Part shown: positions 12,488 through 25,295 of the stretch, piece by piece | Numbering within the stretch: position 1 is the first letter of the stretch | Layout of the letters: every line of letters begins with the position of its first letter | From: Asterias rubens | Lineage: Eukaryota | Assembly: GCF_902459465.1 (NCBI RefSeq) | Contig: NC_047083.1 | Coordinates: 8,928,001-8,992,000 of the forward strand | DNA: 64,000 bases | Direction: 5' to 3' | Made by a program: the position numbers and the translations under genes | The notes under the pieces: generated by a model | What the model was told of the DNA's origin: nothing | Databases searched by the model: none | Seen by the model: only the letters and a program-made list of their open reading frames with translations

Positions 12488-13129
12488 TTAAGACTGAAAT
12501 ACACTGAGGCTCTATCAATTTCTGAAAAGATTAATCACTCAAAAATGATTAACAACCATTCATTTTTACTTCTATCCCCAGACCATTATTAACAAGTGTT
12601 AGAATCTTCTTAAATAATAATTTACAATAAAATATTTAGCCATTATTTATTACTATTTCTAAAAGACGAACAAGCACTTTGATATAAAAATCACATGCCC
12701 AAATTTAGTTTATTTCAAGATTACGTATTGTGTTATTTCAAAAGTATAATAAACAATTCACATGAAATTAATTTTCAAGGCAACTCAAGTCCTGTGTTTC
12801 GTTAATTGAGTTTCTAAGTCCCCAAGTTGATAACTATAATCAAACAACAAAATAGGCAGAACTCTATTTTCACAAAGACGATGAGGTAAAAAGGGAACAC
12901 AATCAACTCCGCATTTGGCAAAAGGAAAAACAAATCATGAACAAAACTTTATAGCTATTGCTTTGGTTTCAGTAACTATTGTACAAAGCCTTTTGTCCAA
13001 AACACAACTTTTGATTGTTCCAACTAGTTGGGGTTACTGTCACACTTGGGTCTTGCAAAGTCAAAGTCGTTAGCATGGTCAAATTCTCCTAAGTTTAGAT
13101 CCAAACATACTCTCTACTTAAGAGAAGCA

Positions 13130-13470
13130 GGCCTGGTACTTAACAGAGCCAACAAAGGCAATTGCCTCCATGCCCCCAGTGGTCATTGCCTTGGTGCCCT
13201 TAAAATGCTCCAGTAGAAACAGATACTTCATGGAGGCAACGATGACCATTGCCTCATTCCCTCTGGTCATTGCCTTGGTGTCCTTGAAATGCTCCAGTAG
13301 AAACTGATACTTCATGGAGGCAACGATGACCATTGCCTCCATGACCTCTGGTCATTGCCTTGGTGCCCTTGAAATGCCCCAGTAGAAATTTACAGTTTTA
13401 TCATAGGGTGCCTACCAAGGAGAAAATGCCTTGGTGCCCTTTCCCTTTCGAAAAACGAAGCACACAGGCT
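13130..13470. repeat. dispersed repeat family with internal ~65-bp triplication; relatives near 15730, 17780, 18720, 22660, 34700, 35750, 52240, 62300 and 62960
   Basis: GGTCATTGCCTTGGTGCCCTTGAAATGCTCCAGTAGAAA occurs three times, then ..AAGGAGAAAATGCCTTGGTGCCC..AAAAACGAAGC. Confidence 0.75.
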
Positions 13471-13648
13471 TGGAGAAGTGATTCAAAACTGTCCAGAAAA
13501 GATCGCGGCTAGCAGCTGCAGGGATTATGTATATATCTGGAACATTCCTACACAATTCTGAATACTCAACTGATGTCGTAAACATTGTGTTCGATTGTAA
13601 ATAAGTTCCGCTGTAAATTAAATAGATTTTTAGGGTTGAACAAAGAAT

Positions 13649-13722
13649 TGACTAGAGTGGAATTCGAACCAATGACCTCCGGATTAACGTGCCGGCGCTC
13701 TACCAACTGAGCTATCTAGCCC
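13649..13722 (-). pseudogene. tRNA-like sequence (Asn-like GTT loop), probably the head of a tRNA-derived repeat rather than a functional tRNA
   Basis: Reverse complement GGCTAGATAGCTCAGTTGGTAGAGCGCCGGCACGTTAATCCGGAGGTCATTGGTTCGAATTCCACTCTAGTCA has box A, box B and a D arm, but a mismatched anticodon stem and non-canonical 32/33 bases. Decayed copies at ~8285-8340 and ~30140-30230. Confidence 0.6.
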
Positions 13723-14796
13723 TATGTTGGCGGTGTCCCTATTTTGTCACTATCTTTGTTAAATAAGTTACAGCAACAGATACCCATTAAAAATAAATTT
13801 TAAAATACAAATTTACATATAGTTCTAAAAATACTCTTTAAGATTCCTACAGAATTTTTGTTGAGGGCGGAAAAAGAGATATTTCCTAGTGAAAGAGATA
13901 TTCTCTAAGAGTGGTGGATAGAATTTTTGAAGCTATAGATTCCCTTACTTGAGTTAAGATTCTAACAAACAACAAAATAATACAAATATTTGGACTTTCA
14001 TTTTCTGGGAGCAGGCCGCATTATTTTGAGTTACTGCGTCCCTACTTATCTCATAACTTAATTTTTCACACAGAATCTCGGACATGATTTTGTTTGAAGA
14101 AGACTTGCCGATTTGTTTGCATTTTGAGAATTAGCTTCAAATAATAAATCCTACACATGCAAATTTAATACAAAAAACCACTATATGGTTTTCGTTTTAA
14201 AGAGCACTTTAAAAAAAGGCTCTGTAAATAATGGGTGTATTTGAGTAGCTTCAGTGTTAACCCTCCCACAGTCTGACCCTTTAATGTAAACCAAGTTTTA
14301 AAGGATCGAAGAACTATGCAAGCATGCAATGTGACATCAGGTGGTGAATGCATCTACACACAGTCAACCCTCCTACTCTCTGACGCTTCAAGTTTTTGAG
14401 CGCTTTTGTCATAAGGCCGAATGTTAAAACTGCACAGATATGCAGACATATTATGGGTGCATGATTCACTGGATTGAATTAAGTATCATCATTAACAGGT
14501 CTTTTAAAAGGTTTTTGATTGTACTGAAATTTGTCACAACATCATGGGAGTTGGCTTATTATTTCGAGACATTGTGCGACTTGTGACTCGACTTGACTTT
14601 AGCAAAAATTACTTGTAACTTGACTTGACTTGAGAACAAATTTGGTTACAGCACTGCGTCTTTGCCCCCAGTTCCTTGAAGAATTATGCAGTTGACAGTT
14701 GAAATTGGGCCAGAGGATCACCTTAAAGAAACTACTCAAACACACCATCCCATAAAATTACAACTGTCTAAAATTAAACTCTGTCTAAACATAATG

Positions 14797-17700
14797 CTAT
14801 AATAAACCTGGCCGACCCAGCCCATTCGGTTGTTGCTGCTGTTGCGAACTTTCTTCTGATTGGCTATTTGTTGAGTGGTTACTAAGAGACATTTCCTGGT
14901 AGGCGGAGCTTAGTGGTAGCTGTTGTATATATTGCTGAGAGGGGTGTGGCTGGTGCGGTGATGTGGTGAATATTGCTTGAGGCTCTTGTGTGTTCACCTG
15001 AAAACAATCAACCATAAAATTTTGTTTTTAGGAAATAAATCCTAGAGAGAAAAATATTCAGTCTCCTGATGATGACTAGAGCAAGCTAGTCAAAACGATG
15101 AGACCAATTTAAGAACTGACTCCGCGGTAGTACAGTTAATCAGATCCTATAAGCTAAAGTAGTAGTCCCCGTTTATTTTCTATACCATCTGCCCGGGTAA
15201 TAGTTTAAAAAAGCAGGACAGTTCTTTTCAGAACTGAGAAGTCTCCCAAACCCTGAACATCTACTCCGCGGTAGTAGAATAAAGCAAGACAGTTCTCTAG
15301 TAGATACACACATGGTGTTACCGCAGACCAAATATATATTGGGTGCGTTCGTTTAGCTTCCCTGGGTCGACCCTGGTCTGCCCCGGTACGTTCGAATAGC
15401 TTTGATGGGGCTCACCCGGGTCAGCCCCCAGTGCCCTGCTTGTGGAACGGGTCACTTGGGGGTGACCTGAGGTGCATGGCGTCACCACAAGAGGGCGAGT
15501 GTGATCATTCGATTAGCTTTTGTCAGGGGCTCACCCCAGTGAGCACCGCGGGGTCGACCCACGGAAGCTTATCGAACGCACCTAGTGATACCTCACCATG
15601 CAATGCCTGAAATCCTATACAGAGAAAAATATAACAAATATTTCTGGTAATGAAATCAAGGATGCCTCATAAGTGAATTTTGGGACTGTAGCTCGAAAGC
15701 CTGAGGATATCTGCAGGCATTAAACTTTACTCTTGAAGGCGCATGGCATTATCCGTCTGGTACGGGGCACTTCTCCGAGGAAAATGTCAACTTGTATTGG
15801 AACTTTGCAAAGGGCACCAATGCAAAAGCGAAGGGCACCAAGGTAATTGCTGTGTATGCTGTAGGGTTCGTATCAAGGTAAGAACCTGTAAACAAGGGTG
15901 CTTTCGATACAAACCAGCCGTCGATTTCACCAAACTCTTCCTAACTTAAGATTAATCTTAGGACTTAGGATGAGTCCCAACCCTGCACTGTAGCATGCAG
16001 ACCTTAAGATTGATCCTAAGTTAGGACGAGTTACTTGTCATAACTCGAGATAGGATTAATCCTAGCGTTTTGTGAAATTGGCTGGAGGAACACTGGGGTT
16101 AAAGGGTCTATGTACTTTTTGTAGGACAAATAAACACAACGTCCACAGATTTACATCAAACTTACACAGGTTGAAGATAACGATAGTAGAAAGCTTTCCT
16201 GAAAAAATTTCTTGCTGAGGTGCTGTTACAGGGGAAAGAATACTCACCTGAAAAAGAGGAGGTCGTATGGGAAGGGCGGCATTTATTTCCTGATCATGTG
16301 GCCTGCCTGGTGACCCGGGATGCCCCCCGAAAGGCAGAGGTGTTGAGTTGATGGGAGTTGCTATTTGAGCTAAAAACAAAAACAATTAGAACTTCAATAT
16401 TTATCAAATTAATAAGGTGATCCCTCTGCTGCTGCTTCCTAGGTTGTATCGTAAAACTTTGGTGTGATCCCTAGCTATACAGTTGTATGGCTTCTGACTG
16501 GTACCCCAAAACAAAGTTATTTGTGGCGTGTCATGGCCGAGCGGTTAAGTAGTGCTAGGCGAATAGTGAAAGTTTGTTATTCGGATACCGCTGGCCAACT
16601 ATCCAGAATTAACCGGATATTTGAATAGTTTTTTCGCCGCTAGAGGGCGCAATTTAAAAAAAAAAATTGATATTAGTTTTAGACAGTGTCACTCGGTTCA
16701 TTTAAAAAATGACCAGATCTAATTTAAAGATGGCGATTTGCTTTTTCTTTTGATCGTAATTGACTCTACGTGAAGGAAAACTTTTGTAATCTTTGAACAA
16801 AATACGTCGGAAATGTCATTGTTTTAACTCTTCACGGAGGTGAGCATAGTTAAATACTTAATTTATGCTGTTTTATGCTGTCTTAATAGAAGTTTCATAA
16901 TGATTCAGACAAAACATTCATATCAGTTGTCGCCCGACGTCCGCGGATATTCGGATATTAAAGAATATCCGGTTACTTGGTTGTAATTACAGAACTATCC
17001 GGTTTATAAATATGTATTCGCGCCCTATGTGGATATCCGGTTAAGAAAAAAAAGGCATTCGCGGTTACGGATAGGAAAACCTATTCGCCATTAACCGGAT
17101 ATTCAAATAATTCGCCCAGGCCTACAGTTAAGAGCACCGGATTCAAGCTCTGGTGTTTGATCAGCAGAGTGTGGGTTTGAATCCCGGTCGTGAACACTTG
17201 CTAGGTAAAACTGGGGAGGTAGTGCTTTTGCTCTACCTGCCAGGCTTCGGATTGATAATACCCAAGTCTACATTGTACATCTGTATGAACTGTAAAAGGG
17301 TTAACCCTGTTTCAGCCCTAGGAGTAGGTGGCAATGGCCTCTGGAAAACGACAACGATCATGACGCACACAGAATGCATTCTATTGAATGAATTGCTCCA
17401 CACATAATATGCCCACGCTCATTCAACCAATCAAGGGTGTGCATTGTTAACATTCTCGTTTTCAATCTCACTATCGAGGCCTGTGTGACCGTATGAGTTG
17501 ACTGACTTACCAGTTGCTAGTGAAGACATCTGTTGAGTGAGACCCAGCATTCCATCTGCTCTTACGTCTAGAATCACCCATATTGTGTCTGTAAGGTCAA
17601 AGGTCAAAGGTCAAAAACTTTGCTTTTACTGCAGTCTCCTAGTGACACCTCATAGAACTTAACCCAGACAGATATTGAAAAATCAATCCACTCCTAGGAA

Positions 17701-20700
17701 TGGGATGTTTACTGATAAACCATTTTTAAAACCGTTAACAAATGAACTCGAAAACCTGGGTGGAAAAAATCCATAGACACCAAAATAATCTAGTGACCAC
17801 CATGGGCCAGTGGTTATTTCAACTTTGAGATTATTTTGCAAAGGGCACTTCCATTGGAAAATATTACAGTCAATGGGAAGTTTTGAAGGGGCACCAAGGC
17901 CAAGACCAGGGGCACTGAAGGCCATTGTTACACAAAAAATGGGACCAACGGCTTTACATCCCATCCGAAGGACGAAGCATCATGGTTTATAGTGTCTTAC
18001 GACTGACAATCGAACCCACACTCTGCCCGAAACATCAGAGTTTGAATCCGGTGCTCTTTACCGGTAGGACAAGACACGCCATAAACTTGATCAGTTTCAC
18101 CTACCCCCAAAGAAGAACCCTGTTGTTGTACACATCCTCCATTGTCCCTGGTAGAGACCACAGGTTGAGGGGCTCTGCATCCTAATGCTGATGTCTAATG
18201 TCTGTTGGGGTTCGACACTTTCTAGAAAGATACGGTCTAGGGGGCCAAGTTGATGGCCACTGGTGAAACGTAAACAAATACCTGGCGGCCAGGGGTCATC
18301 ACCTGCATAAAAGAATGTTACATTTTACAGAAATAAGAAACTTTTTATGACAATTTTAGTGGAAAATATGTTTATATACTTTCTGCAAAGTGGCAAAGCC
18401 ACCACATCAACGAACAGGGCTCAATTTCATGCTCTGCGGAAGAAGGGAATTCTAGGCTGCATCAAGCAGATTTTACTGATTAGCGGGGAATTTTGGCTGG
18501 TGCGTGTGCGAACTCCGCGTTACTAGGCATTCTACGCTTACACAACTAGCGCATAAATTTGGCGCTTGATCATCAGCACAGAGTGGTAAGCAGAGCCATG
18601 ACATTAGGACCTGCTTCTGCTTTATCACTATATAGTCAGTATTTAAAATTTAACAGGGATGTTTTCCCAAGGCTGAACCAGCCAGCAAGATCGCTTGAAT
18701 TTTGACTGGTCCGTTTTACTTTAAATTGGCATTTGGCCAGCAGACCACTGGTAAGAGGGACACAGCAATTTTGCTCTGATAAGGGGCATTTCTATGAGGA
18801 AAATGTAAATTCGTTTCAGAACTTTGTAAAGGGTACTACAGCAAAAGCACATGGCACAACAACAATTGCTATGTGTGCTGTGGGTTGTTTCAAATTGGGC
18901 CCTGTGTCATGTATGTTGTAGCTAGAACAATTTAAGTGGTTGGCTCTAAATCCAATTTAGTCCACCAAGTACGAGCGATTCAACAAAATGACTCATTTTT
19001 AGATAAGAGGCCATCATTGCTGAAGTGTAACCTGGAGGAAATCTGTGCTGTACAGTGCACAGTGTATTTTGAGAGTGCTGGGCAAAATTCTGGGCAGCTA
19101 TCTCTGGGCAGGCTCCCCTCCCCCAGCACCGCCCAACGTGGCTACAACACTGCTGACGACATACCGTTGTTTTTGACACGCCATGTTTTGATAAACTCCG
19201 TGTTTGGAGGGATGGATTCTCCCTCGCCGATGGTGACATCATTAATTAACATCATCCTTGGAAGCTTTGTTTGAGGAGCTGAGTTTTCAATGTCGTAGTA
19301 AGAGCCGATTGCTGCCTGTAAATTCCTGCAGTCATAAAAAAACACAGAGGTGAATAACTAACTTTATGCAATACATTTGCTGTTAAATCCAGACTTTCTA
19401 TATAACAGAATCTTTGTGAAAAATTGTAAAGTTTCAGAGTCTGTAGGTTTTGTATTAAACAACAAAAGTGAACGGGCCAAGCTATATTACTGCTGGATTT
19501 GTAGAACTTAATCTAAAAAATATTAGTAACTTAAAGCAGTCATTGAAAGAAATTATTGGTGCCAGATGAGGCAAAAATAAATGAAAATTGTAGTCTTTCT
19601 CGCGAAAAAAAGAAAAGAAACTAAATAAAAAGATGACGCTTGAAAAAAAGATGCGTGTGCAGATAATCCCTTTTTTTTTATGTGGCCTAGTATTTCTTGT
19701 ACTGTCTGACCATTCAATTTGATACCCTGTGATTTTGAATGATGCTCTACATCAACAGCCTGCAATTGCCACAATACAAAACCGTACACAGCTGAATGGT
19801 TTCTTGCACATCTACTCACTGGAAATAAGCAACCAAGAGTTGGAACTTAAATTTAAAAGGGTCAATAATTGTTAATTTTTTGACACAGTTTCTGGTTCAA
19901 GTTCAAAGGTATCACAATCCATACTTGTCCAATTTTAAGAATAAACATTTAGTGGTGCACGCCACGCCCACTCCATCAGGAAATTCTAAAACTTTTATTT
20001 AGAACTCAGTCAGTTGGTTTTAAAGTCTAGGGATGAAGGATGTAGACTAACATTTTCATCACAGCTAAATAAGTGTCCTGATTGAAGGTAAAATCTGTTG
20101 CTTTCATGAAAAATGCATCCATTGAAATGAAAGAAGGATGCGAGTGGACAATTTGTTTCAACAACAAAACAAGTAAACACATTTTGACAGTTATTAATGT
20201 GTACAAAGATTAGGTCCAGCACACAAGAATTTTTTCAAACAAAACTCAAACTAAATTGACACTCATGACTGAAACTAGTTCATCTAAAAGGTTGAAATGA
20301 AGACAGTTTCAATCTTTAGTGTTACTGTTTAGCAAGAAGTATTTACATTTATTTTTGGAGATGAGTTGAAATCTACTTTGAGAAAGAATCAAGAATGTAT
20401 TTTTAAGAACCACAAATTGATTGTTATTTCAATATTTTTTTTAGACTTGAACCCTTAATTGTATTAAATTAACTCAATCCATGAATTAGAATTTAACAAC
20501 TTTCGTTAATGAATGAATGAAACCTTTTGAATTAATTAACACTAACCCAACACCCTTTTTTAGTTTTTGAAACAAACACAAACATTGATTGAGTTGGAAC
20601 AATTTTAATTATAGTACTACTACCACAATTTTAACAACACTGTCTACGACCTATACAACGACTTACAAATACATTATATAACGGGGGTTTATGTGTGGTG

Positions 20701-20928
20701 CTGTTAATTAACCATAATAACGAAAAGCATAAACAAGAAGTAAATAAGTAAACAAACAAACAAAACAACAAACCAATTGTTCATGTCCAAGAAGAAAGCG
20801 CAGGCTGTCGGGTTCAGATTGTTACCGGCCAGTTTCTGAAATTCACCGACCAAAACATCCCGGTCCGTCGTACCTAAACTGCTGAATTTCGTCATGAATT
20901 CAGAGTCCAAATCCATATCCACGTCCAT
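14797..20928 (-). CDS. ILRUN: ILRUN (C6orf106; UBA-like + NBR1-like FW domain), 304 aa, 6 exons
   Basis: Exons 20774-20928, 19165-19325, 18105-18302, 17511-17588, 16248-16369 and 14797-14997 are phase-consistent. MDVDMDLDSEFMTKFSSLGTTDRDVL..CAFFLDMNNWNLQAAIGSYYD..DVTIGEGESIPPNTEFIKTWRV..WPPG..YQGQWRMCT matches ILRUN. Confidence 0.95.
15061..15104 (+). ncRNA. degenerate minimal type-I hammerhead ribozyme at the start of a PLE-like fragment (~15061-15335)
   Basis: GTCTC-CTGATGA-T-GACTAG(AGCAAG)CTAGTC-AAAA-CG-AT-GAGAC. Stems I and II are intact; G12 and U16.1 are mutated. Confidence 0.65.
15341..15583. mobile_element. palindromic MITE (PIF/Harbinger-like); second copy at 26169-26418
   Basis: TIR GGGTGCGTTCG(T/A)TTAGCTT..AAGCTTATCGAACGCACCT; the two copies share internal sequence. 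Confidence 0.7.
16523..17200 (+). mobile_element. tRNA-derived SINE interrupted by a hAT MITE; same family near 6660-7200, 17940-18070, 26997-27230, 46375-46520 and 48650-48910
   Basis: The joined flanks give GTGGCGTGTCATGGCCGAGCGGTTAAGAGCACCGGATTCAAGCTCTGGTGTTTGATCAGCAGAGTGTGGGTTTGAATCCC, with box A and box B. Confidence 0.75.
16550..17124. mobile_element. non-autonomous hAT element, 575 bp, 8-bp TSD
   Basis: TIRs TAGTGCTAGGCGAATA / rc TAGGCCTGGGCGAATT; TSD CGGTTAAG (16542-16549) and CAGTTAAG (17125-17132). Confidence 0.8.
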
Positions 20929-21188
20929 CTTAATATCCTTCAATTTTCTATTCACATTAAAGAAGACTTACAGCGACATTGTTAATGGAAAGTCTCTGTT
21001 TATTTTCGATGTAAATAGACACATTTACGGAAAATTAACATTGCAATGAAATGTAACTGCTACGCTGTTTGTGTGTACTGTGTGCATACGATGTGTGTGT
21101 TGCGTGTATTTATCGTTGGTACCCGATCACAAGACGTGTTATTTATGTACGACGTGTACGGTAACCAATGTAAATGAACACTTGACCC

Positions 21189-21196
21189 TGACGTCA
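21189..21196. promoter_or_regulatory. palindromic CRE (TGACGTCA) in the ~500-bp ILRUN/RTN4IP1 divergent promoter
   Basis: Exact TGACGTCA between the two start codons (20928 and 21434). Confidence 0.4.
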
Positions 21197-21433
21197 TTTA
21201 AAGGTAGAGATATTTAAATAAGGGTCAAACCAAGTTACATGTGCTAGGATAGGAAGTGCAGAACAACATGCTCAAAATAGCTCCTCACCAAAATAGCAAA
21301 AAGTCTGATTTAAAACTGCGAAGCTATCACTGTTAACTGTTTTAATGATTGTTGGTATACTTAGCACAGCATCACTATGCAGAAAACTGCTTGTACCATA
21401 AGAGTTTTGTGGAAAAGCCCCGTAATCCCAGCC

Positions 21434-22660
21434 ATGTTGACTTTGTGCAGCAGAGCAACTAACTCACTGTCGAGAACTGCTTTTAACAATCTGAGACGAC
21501 AAGCCTTGACAAACAATGCCTTTCGATCCATGTCAAGTTTGACAAACTCTGCGACGACAATGTTAGCATGGCAGATTGAAAGCTATGGTGGGAACGACAA
21601 GTTAAAACTCGTTGAGAAACCAATTCCGTCGATTACCAAGCCTGATCAAGTCCTGATAAAAGTGTATGCAAGTAGCGTTAACCCCCTAGATATAAAGCTG
21701 AGGAGCGGCTACGGAGCGAGACTTCTGAACAAGGCAAGGAGAGTCAGTCCAGGGGGAGAGTTTCCCCTGACCCTTGGACGCGACTGCTCGGGGGTCATCG
21801 TCGACATGGGAAAGGACGTCAAGAAATTTGAGATTGGTGACGAAATCTGGGCAACTATCAATCAGGTCAACCAGGGAGCGCATGCTGAGTACGTTGTCAC
21901 AACAACAGGCGAGATGAGCCACAAACCCAAGATCTTGTCCCACATTGAGGCTGCATCGATCCCCTATGTTGCAATCACGTCGTGGAGCGCGACATACGCC
22001 ATCTCGAGGTTCCGCCCGGAGAATGCGGTGGGGAAGATGGTTTTGGTGCACGGAGGATCCGGAGGTGTAGGATCCTTTGCTGTACAGCTCCTGGCAGCAT
22101 GGGGCGCACGTGTCATCAGCACCTGCTCTACTGATTCCGTTGACTTTGTCTACAGCCTTGGTGCCCATCACGTCGTCGACTACAAAACCACCGATCCCGA
22201 AAAAGAACTCCGAAAACTTGGCCAGTTTGACCTGATAGTAGACACGGTTGGCGGTAGCGTGGAAGAATACTCGTTGAGACTCCTAAATGGAGCCAAAGGG
22301 GCTAACTATGTCACCTTGGTGACACCCTTCCTGGATATGATCGAGGAGAAGGGCCCTGTCCTAGGAAGCCTTGCTGCTAGCTTCTCGCTGATCAAGAAGG
22401 CTCTGTCGACGATCAAGACCGGGAGCAAGTACCGCTGGGCTTTTGCGACACCTAACACTAAGGCACTGGAAGATGTTGCAGCGTTGGTTCAGAACCAGAA
22501 GATTCGACCTGTTGTGAATCAGGTGTTTCCGTTCAACGAGGTTCCTGACGCTTATCAGAAAGTTGAGAAGGGTCCCGCAAGAGGGAAAGTTGTCATCGCT
22601 GTTGTGAACGAGGAAAAAACTGTGTCCCCAAAACGTGTGAATATCTTTGAAAATGCTTAA
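21434..22660 (+). CDS. RTN4IP1: reticulon-4-interacting protein 1, mitochondrial (MDR-family NAD(P)H oxidoreductase); single coding exon, 408 aa from the Kozak ATG at 21434
   Basis: Arg/Ser-rich, acid-free presequence; VLIKVYASSVNPLDIKLRSGYG, FPLTLGRDCSG, AASIPYVAITSW, VLVHGGSGGVG, ARGKVVI. The ORF is open from 21377, but GCCATG at 21434 is the likelier start. Confidence 0.92.
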   Translation: MLTLCSRATNSLSRTAFNNLRRQALTNNAFRSMSSLTNSATTMLAWQIESYGGNDKLKLVEKPIPSITKPDQVLIKVYASSVNPLDIKLRSGYGARLLNKARRVSPGGEFPLTLGRDCSGVIVDMGKDVKKFEIGDEIWATINQVNQGAHAEYVVTTTGEMSHKPKILSHIEAASIPYVAITSWSATYAISRFRPENAVGKMVLVHGGSGGVGSFAVQLLAAWGARVISTCSTDSVDFVYSLGAHHVVDYKTTDPEKELRKLGQFDLIVDTVGGSVEEYSLRLLNGAKGANYVTLVTPFLDMIEEKGPVLGSLAASFSLIKKALSTIKTGSKYRWAFATPNTKALEDVAALVQNQKIRPVVNQVFPFNEVPDAYQKVEKGPARGKVVIAVVNEEKTVSPKRVNIFENA

Positions 22661-25295
22661 AAACAGACCTGGAATTACATGCAGGCCTTCGTCTCCGTTG
22701 CCCCTGGTCTTGGCCTTTGTGCCCCTTCAAAAGTTTCCTAATGAGATTTTCCAATGGAAGTGTCCTTTGCAAAATAAAAATGGCCTTGCCCTTTCAAAGA
22801 TGAAATTCCAGGCCTGGCATAAGCCATTAAAACTTAGTTATGTTTCTCATAAACAAAGTGAAGGTCTTAGCTTTCTTTTCGTTAATAAGCCTTCTTAACT
22901 TAGAGAGGCTGTGTCATTTTGATCAAGGTACATTGTAGGCTGGCTGTACGTGGAATTTTGCACTCCAACCCAGTTTACAGCATCTAACAGAGCACACCCT
23001 CTGCTGCATGCTGCAACACCTTTTTTGCAAATACCCACTGCCCAAGAACCGTTGAGTGAGGTGCATGCTGGTCTAGCTAGTGATCAAACTTGGACGCTAG
23101 CTAGACCAGCATGCACTTCATTCCACCCCAAACTTGGAGTGCGTTGTGGCGACCCCAACCAAGCCAAGTCAACACTCAACAACTCGGTTCCATTTGGTCT
23201 GAACGGCCTTGTCACCGGGGTTTAACCGAACACGCGAAAATGCTCAACCGATGACCAAAGCTCAATCACGTTTCACACACTCTGGCGCATACCGGGTATT
23301 TGCGGTAAGGTCTATGGTGAGAATTTATCATTCTTTAGGCCTATACTGAGGCCTACCTTGATCATGACAACACAGCCCCTTTAAACCCTTTTGGCCATGA
23401 AATAAAAGTTCACAATTAATAAAAACTTTGTGGGAAATTCAAAATCCATTTGGAATTACCAATTCTTGATTTTGTAAAACACGTAAAAATGGTTGTCTGG
23501 GGAGATATTTTTTCAAAAGAAACATTGTTAGACTTTTAACTACATGTAAGTTGATCAAAATTGTTTATTGGTTATTACTCCTTGCAGATTTGCAGATCTT
23601 GGTTATCAAACTCACTTTGTTATAATATCAATTTAACTTTTCATTAGTTAATAAATTATAATTTTGTACAAATATATTTACATATTGTGCAAATTAATGC
23701 AGTTCTACTTTACATTTACGGCTCCCTCATAAGTAACATACTTTTCAAAAAAATAAGTAATTTTCCCATGAATTTGATTGCAAGACCTCATGATTAGATT
23801 TTGAGGTCTCAAAATCAAAGCATCTGAAAGCACACATAATCGTGTGACAAGGGTGTTTTTTTCTTTTGTTATTATCTTGCAACTTTGACAACCAATTGAG
23901 CTAAAATTTTCACAGGTTTTTTTATTTTATGCATATTTGTTGAGATACACGAAGTGAGAAGACTGGTCTTTGAAAATGTCTTGTAGTGTCCAGTGTCTTT
24001 AAGCCATTGAAAGACATACTGTTCATGTAGATTGAACTTTGTGTTTGGTACAGGCATGATCTTTTTGCAATAAATACAAGGGATACCAGTCACTGAAATT
24101 GTATACTATGGTACTTTGAGTTGGTAATACATTTCTGCTAAGCATGGTTTTTCTATGCTAAGCAAGGTTTTCCTATGCAAAGCAAGTTTTGTGCTTACAG
24201 GCTTTACAAAATTGCACAGTTTTGTAGTTTGATAATAAAAGAACAATTTTGAAATAGCCATAAGTCAATTTGAGTTAAGTGGGTTGCTGTTAAACATGTT
24301 AAATATTTTGTAGAAATATACAATCAAATCAATTATCATTAATTAAAGGGAAGGTATATTATGTACATTTGGTAATCACTCTTAAAGTAATTTGCAATAA
24401 AAACTTTTGGTTAGACAGTATTTAAAGCATTTTGAGAAATTTATTTTGATGGTTATAATGCTAAAATTTAACAGTTTTTATGCCCCAAAACATTTCTTAG
24501 ATTGTGTAGTTCTAAGGATAATTCTTCCTGCATTGACCTTGGTTCTGGATTTTCAAAAACGAGACCATTTGAAATTTAAAGTGTGAATCTGGTCATTGAG
24601 TTTGCAAACAGACCTCAACAGTGGGAGGTATGTCCCCCTCCCCCCTCCTCCTTGAGTTGAGTCGACTAGGCTTGCAGAAATTCTTTCAGAATATCTCCAA
24701 CCTCAAGACAAAAATACGGCGGGAAAATGAAAACACAGACTGTGTCTATTTCAGAATTAAGGCCAGGTCCAAAGCTAGGACTTCGTCTACAGCTAAATCA
24801 GTGCATCTGCCAGTGTTGAAGAAAAGGCAGAAGAGCGATCTACTTGTAGCTGTAGCTGTAGCCGAAGTCGCAGTTTCGGAAACAGCCTCAGTCTCGTTTT
24901 CATTTCATTGGGCAAGTGTTTATTAGACTTAAAGGCACTATTCACTATTGGTAATTCTCAAAATAATTATTAGCATAAAACCTTTCTTGTTAACGAGTAA
25001 TGGGGAGAGGTTGATGGTATAAAACATTGTGAGAAACGGCTCCCTCTGAAGTGACATAGTTTTCAAGAAAGAAGTAATTTTCCACGATTTTGACCTCAGA
25101 ATTAGATTTTGAGGTCTCAAAATCAAGCATCTGAAAGCACACAACTTCGTGTGACAAAGGTGTTTTTTCTTTCATAGTTATAATCTTGCCACTTTTCACA
25201 GGTTTGGTATTTTCTGCATATGTTGAGATACACCAAGTGAGAAGATTAGTCTTTGACAATTACCAATAGTGTCCAGTGTCTTTGAAGAAGTCCTC

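Noticed and set aside
13649-13722. functional tRNA-Asn gene
   Set aside because: Mismatch in the anticodon stem, non-canonical loop bases, and shared flanks with decayed dispersed copies point to a repeat head.
21686-22171. 161-aa antisense ORF
   Set aside because: Shadow of the RTN4IP1 coding strand, with no recognisable motif.
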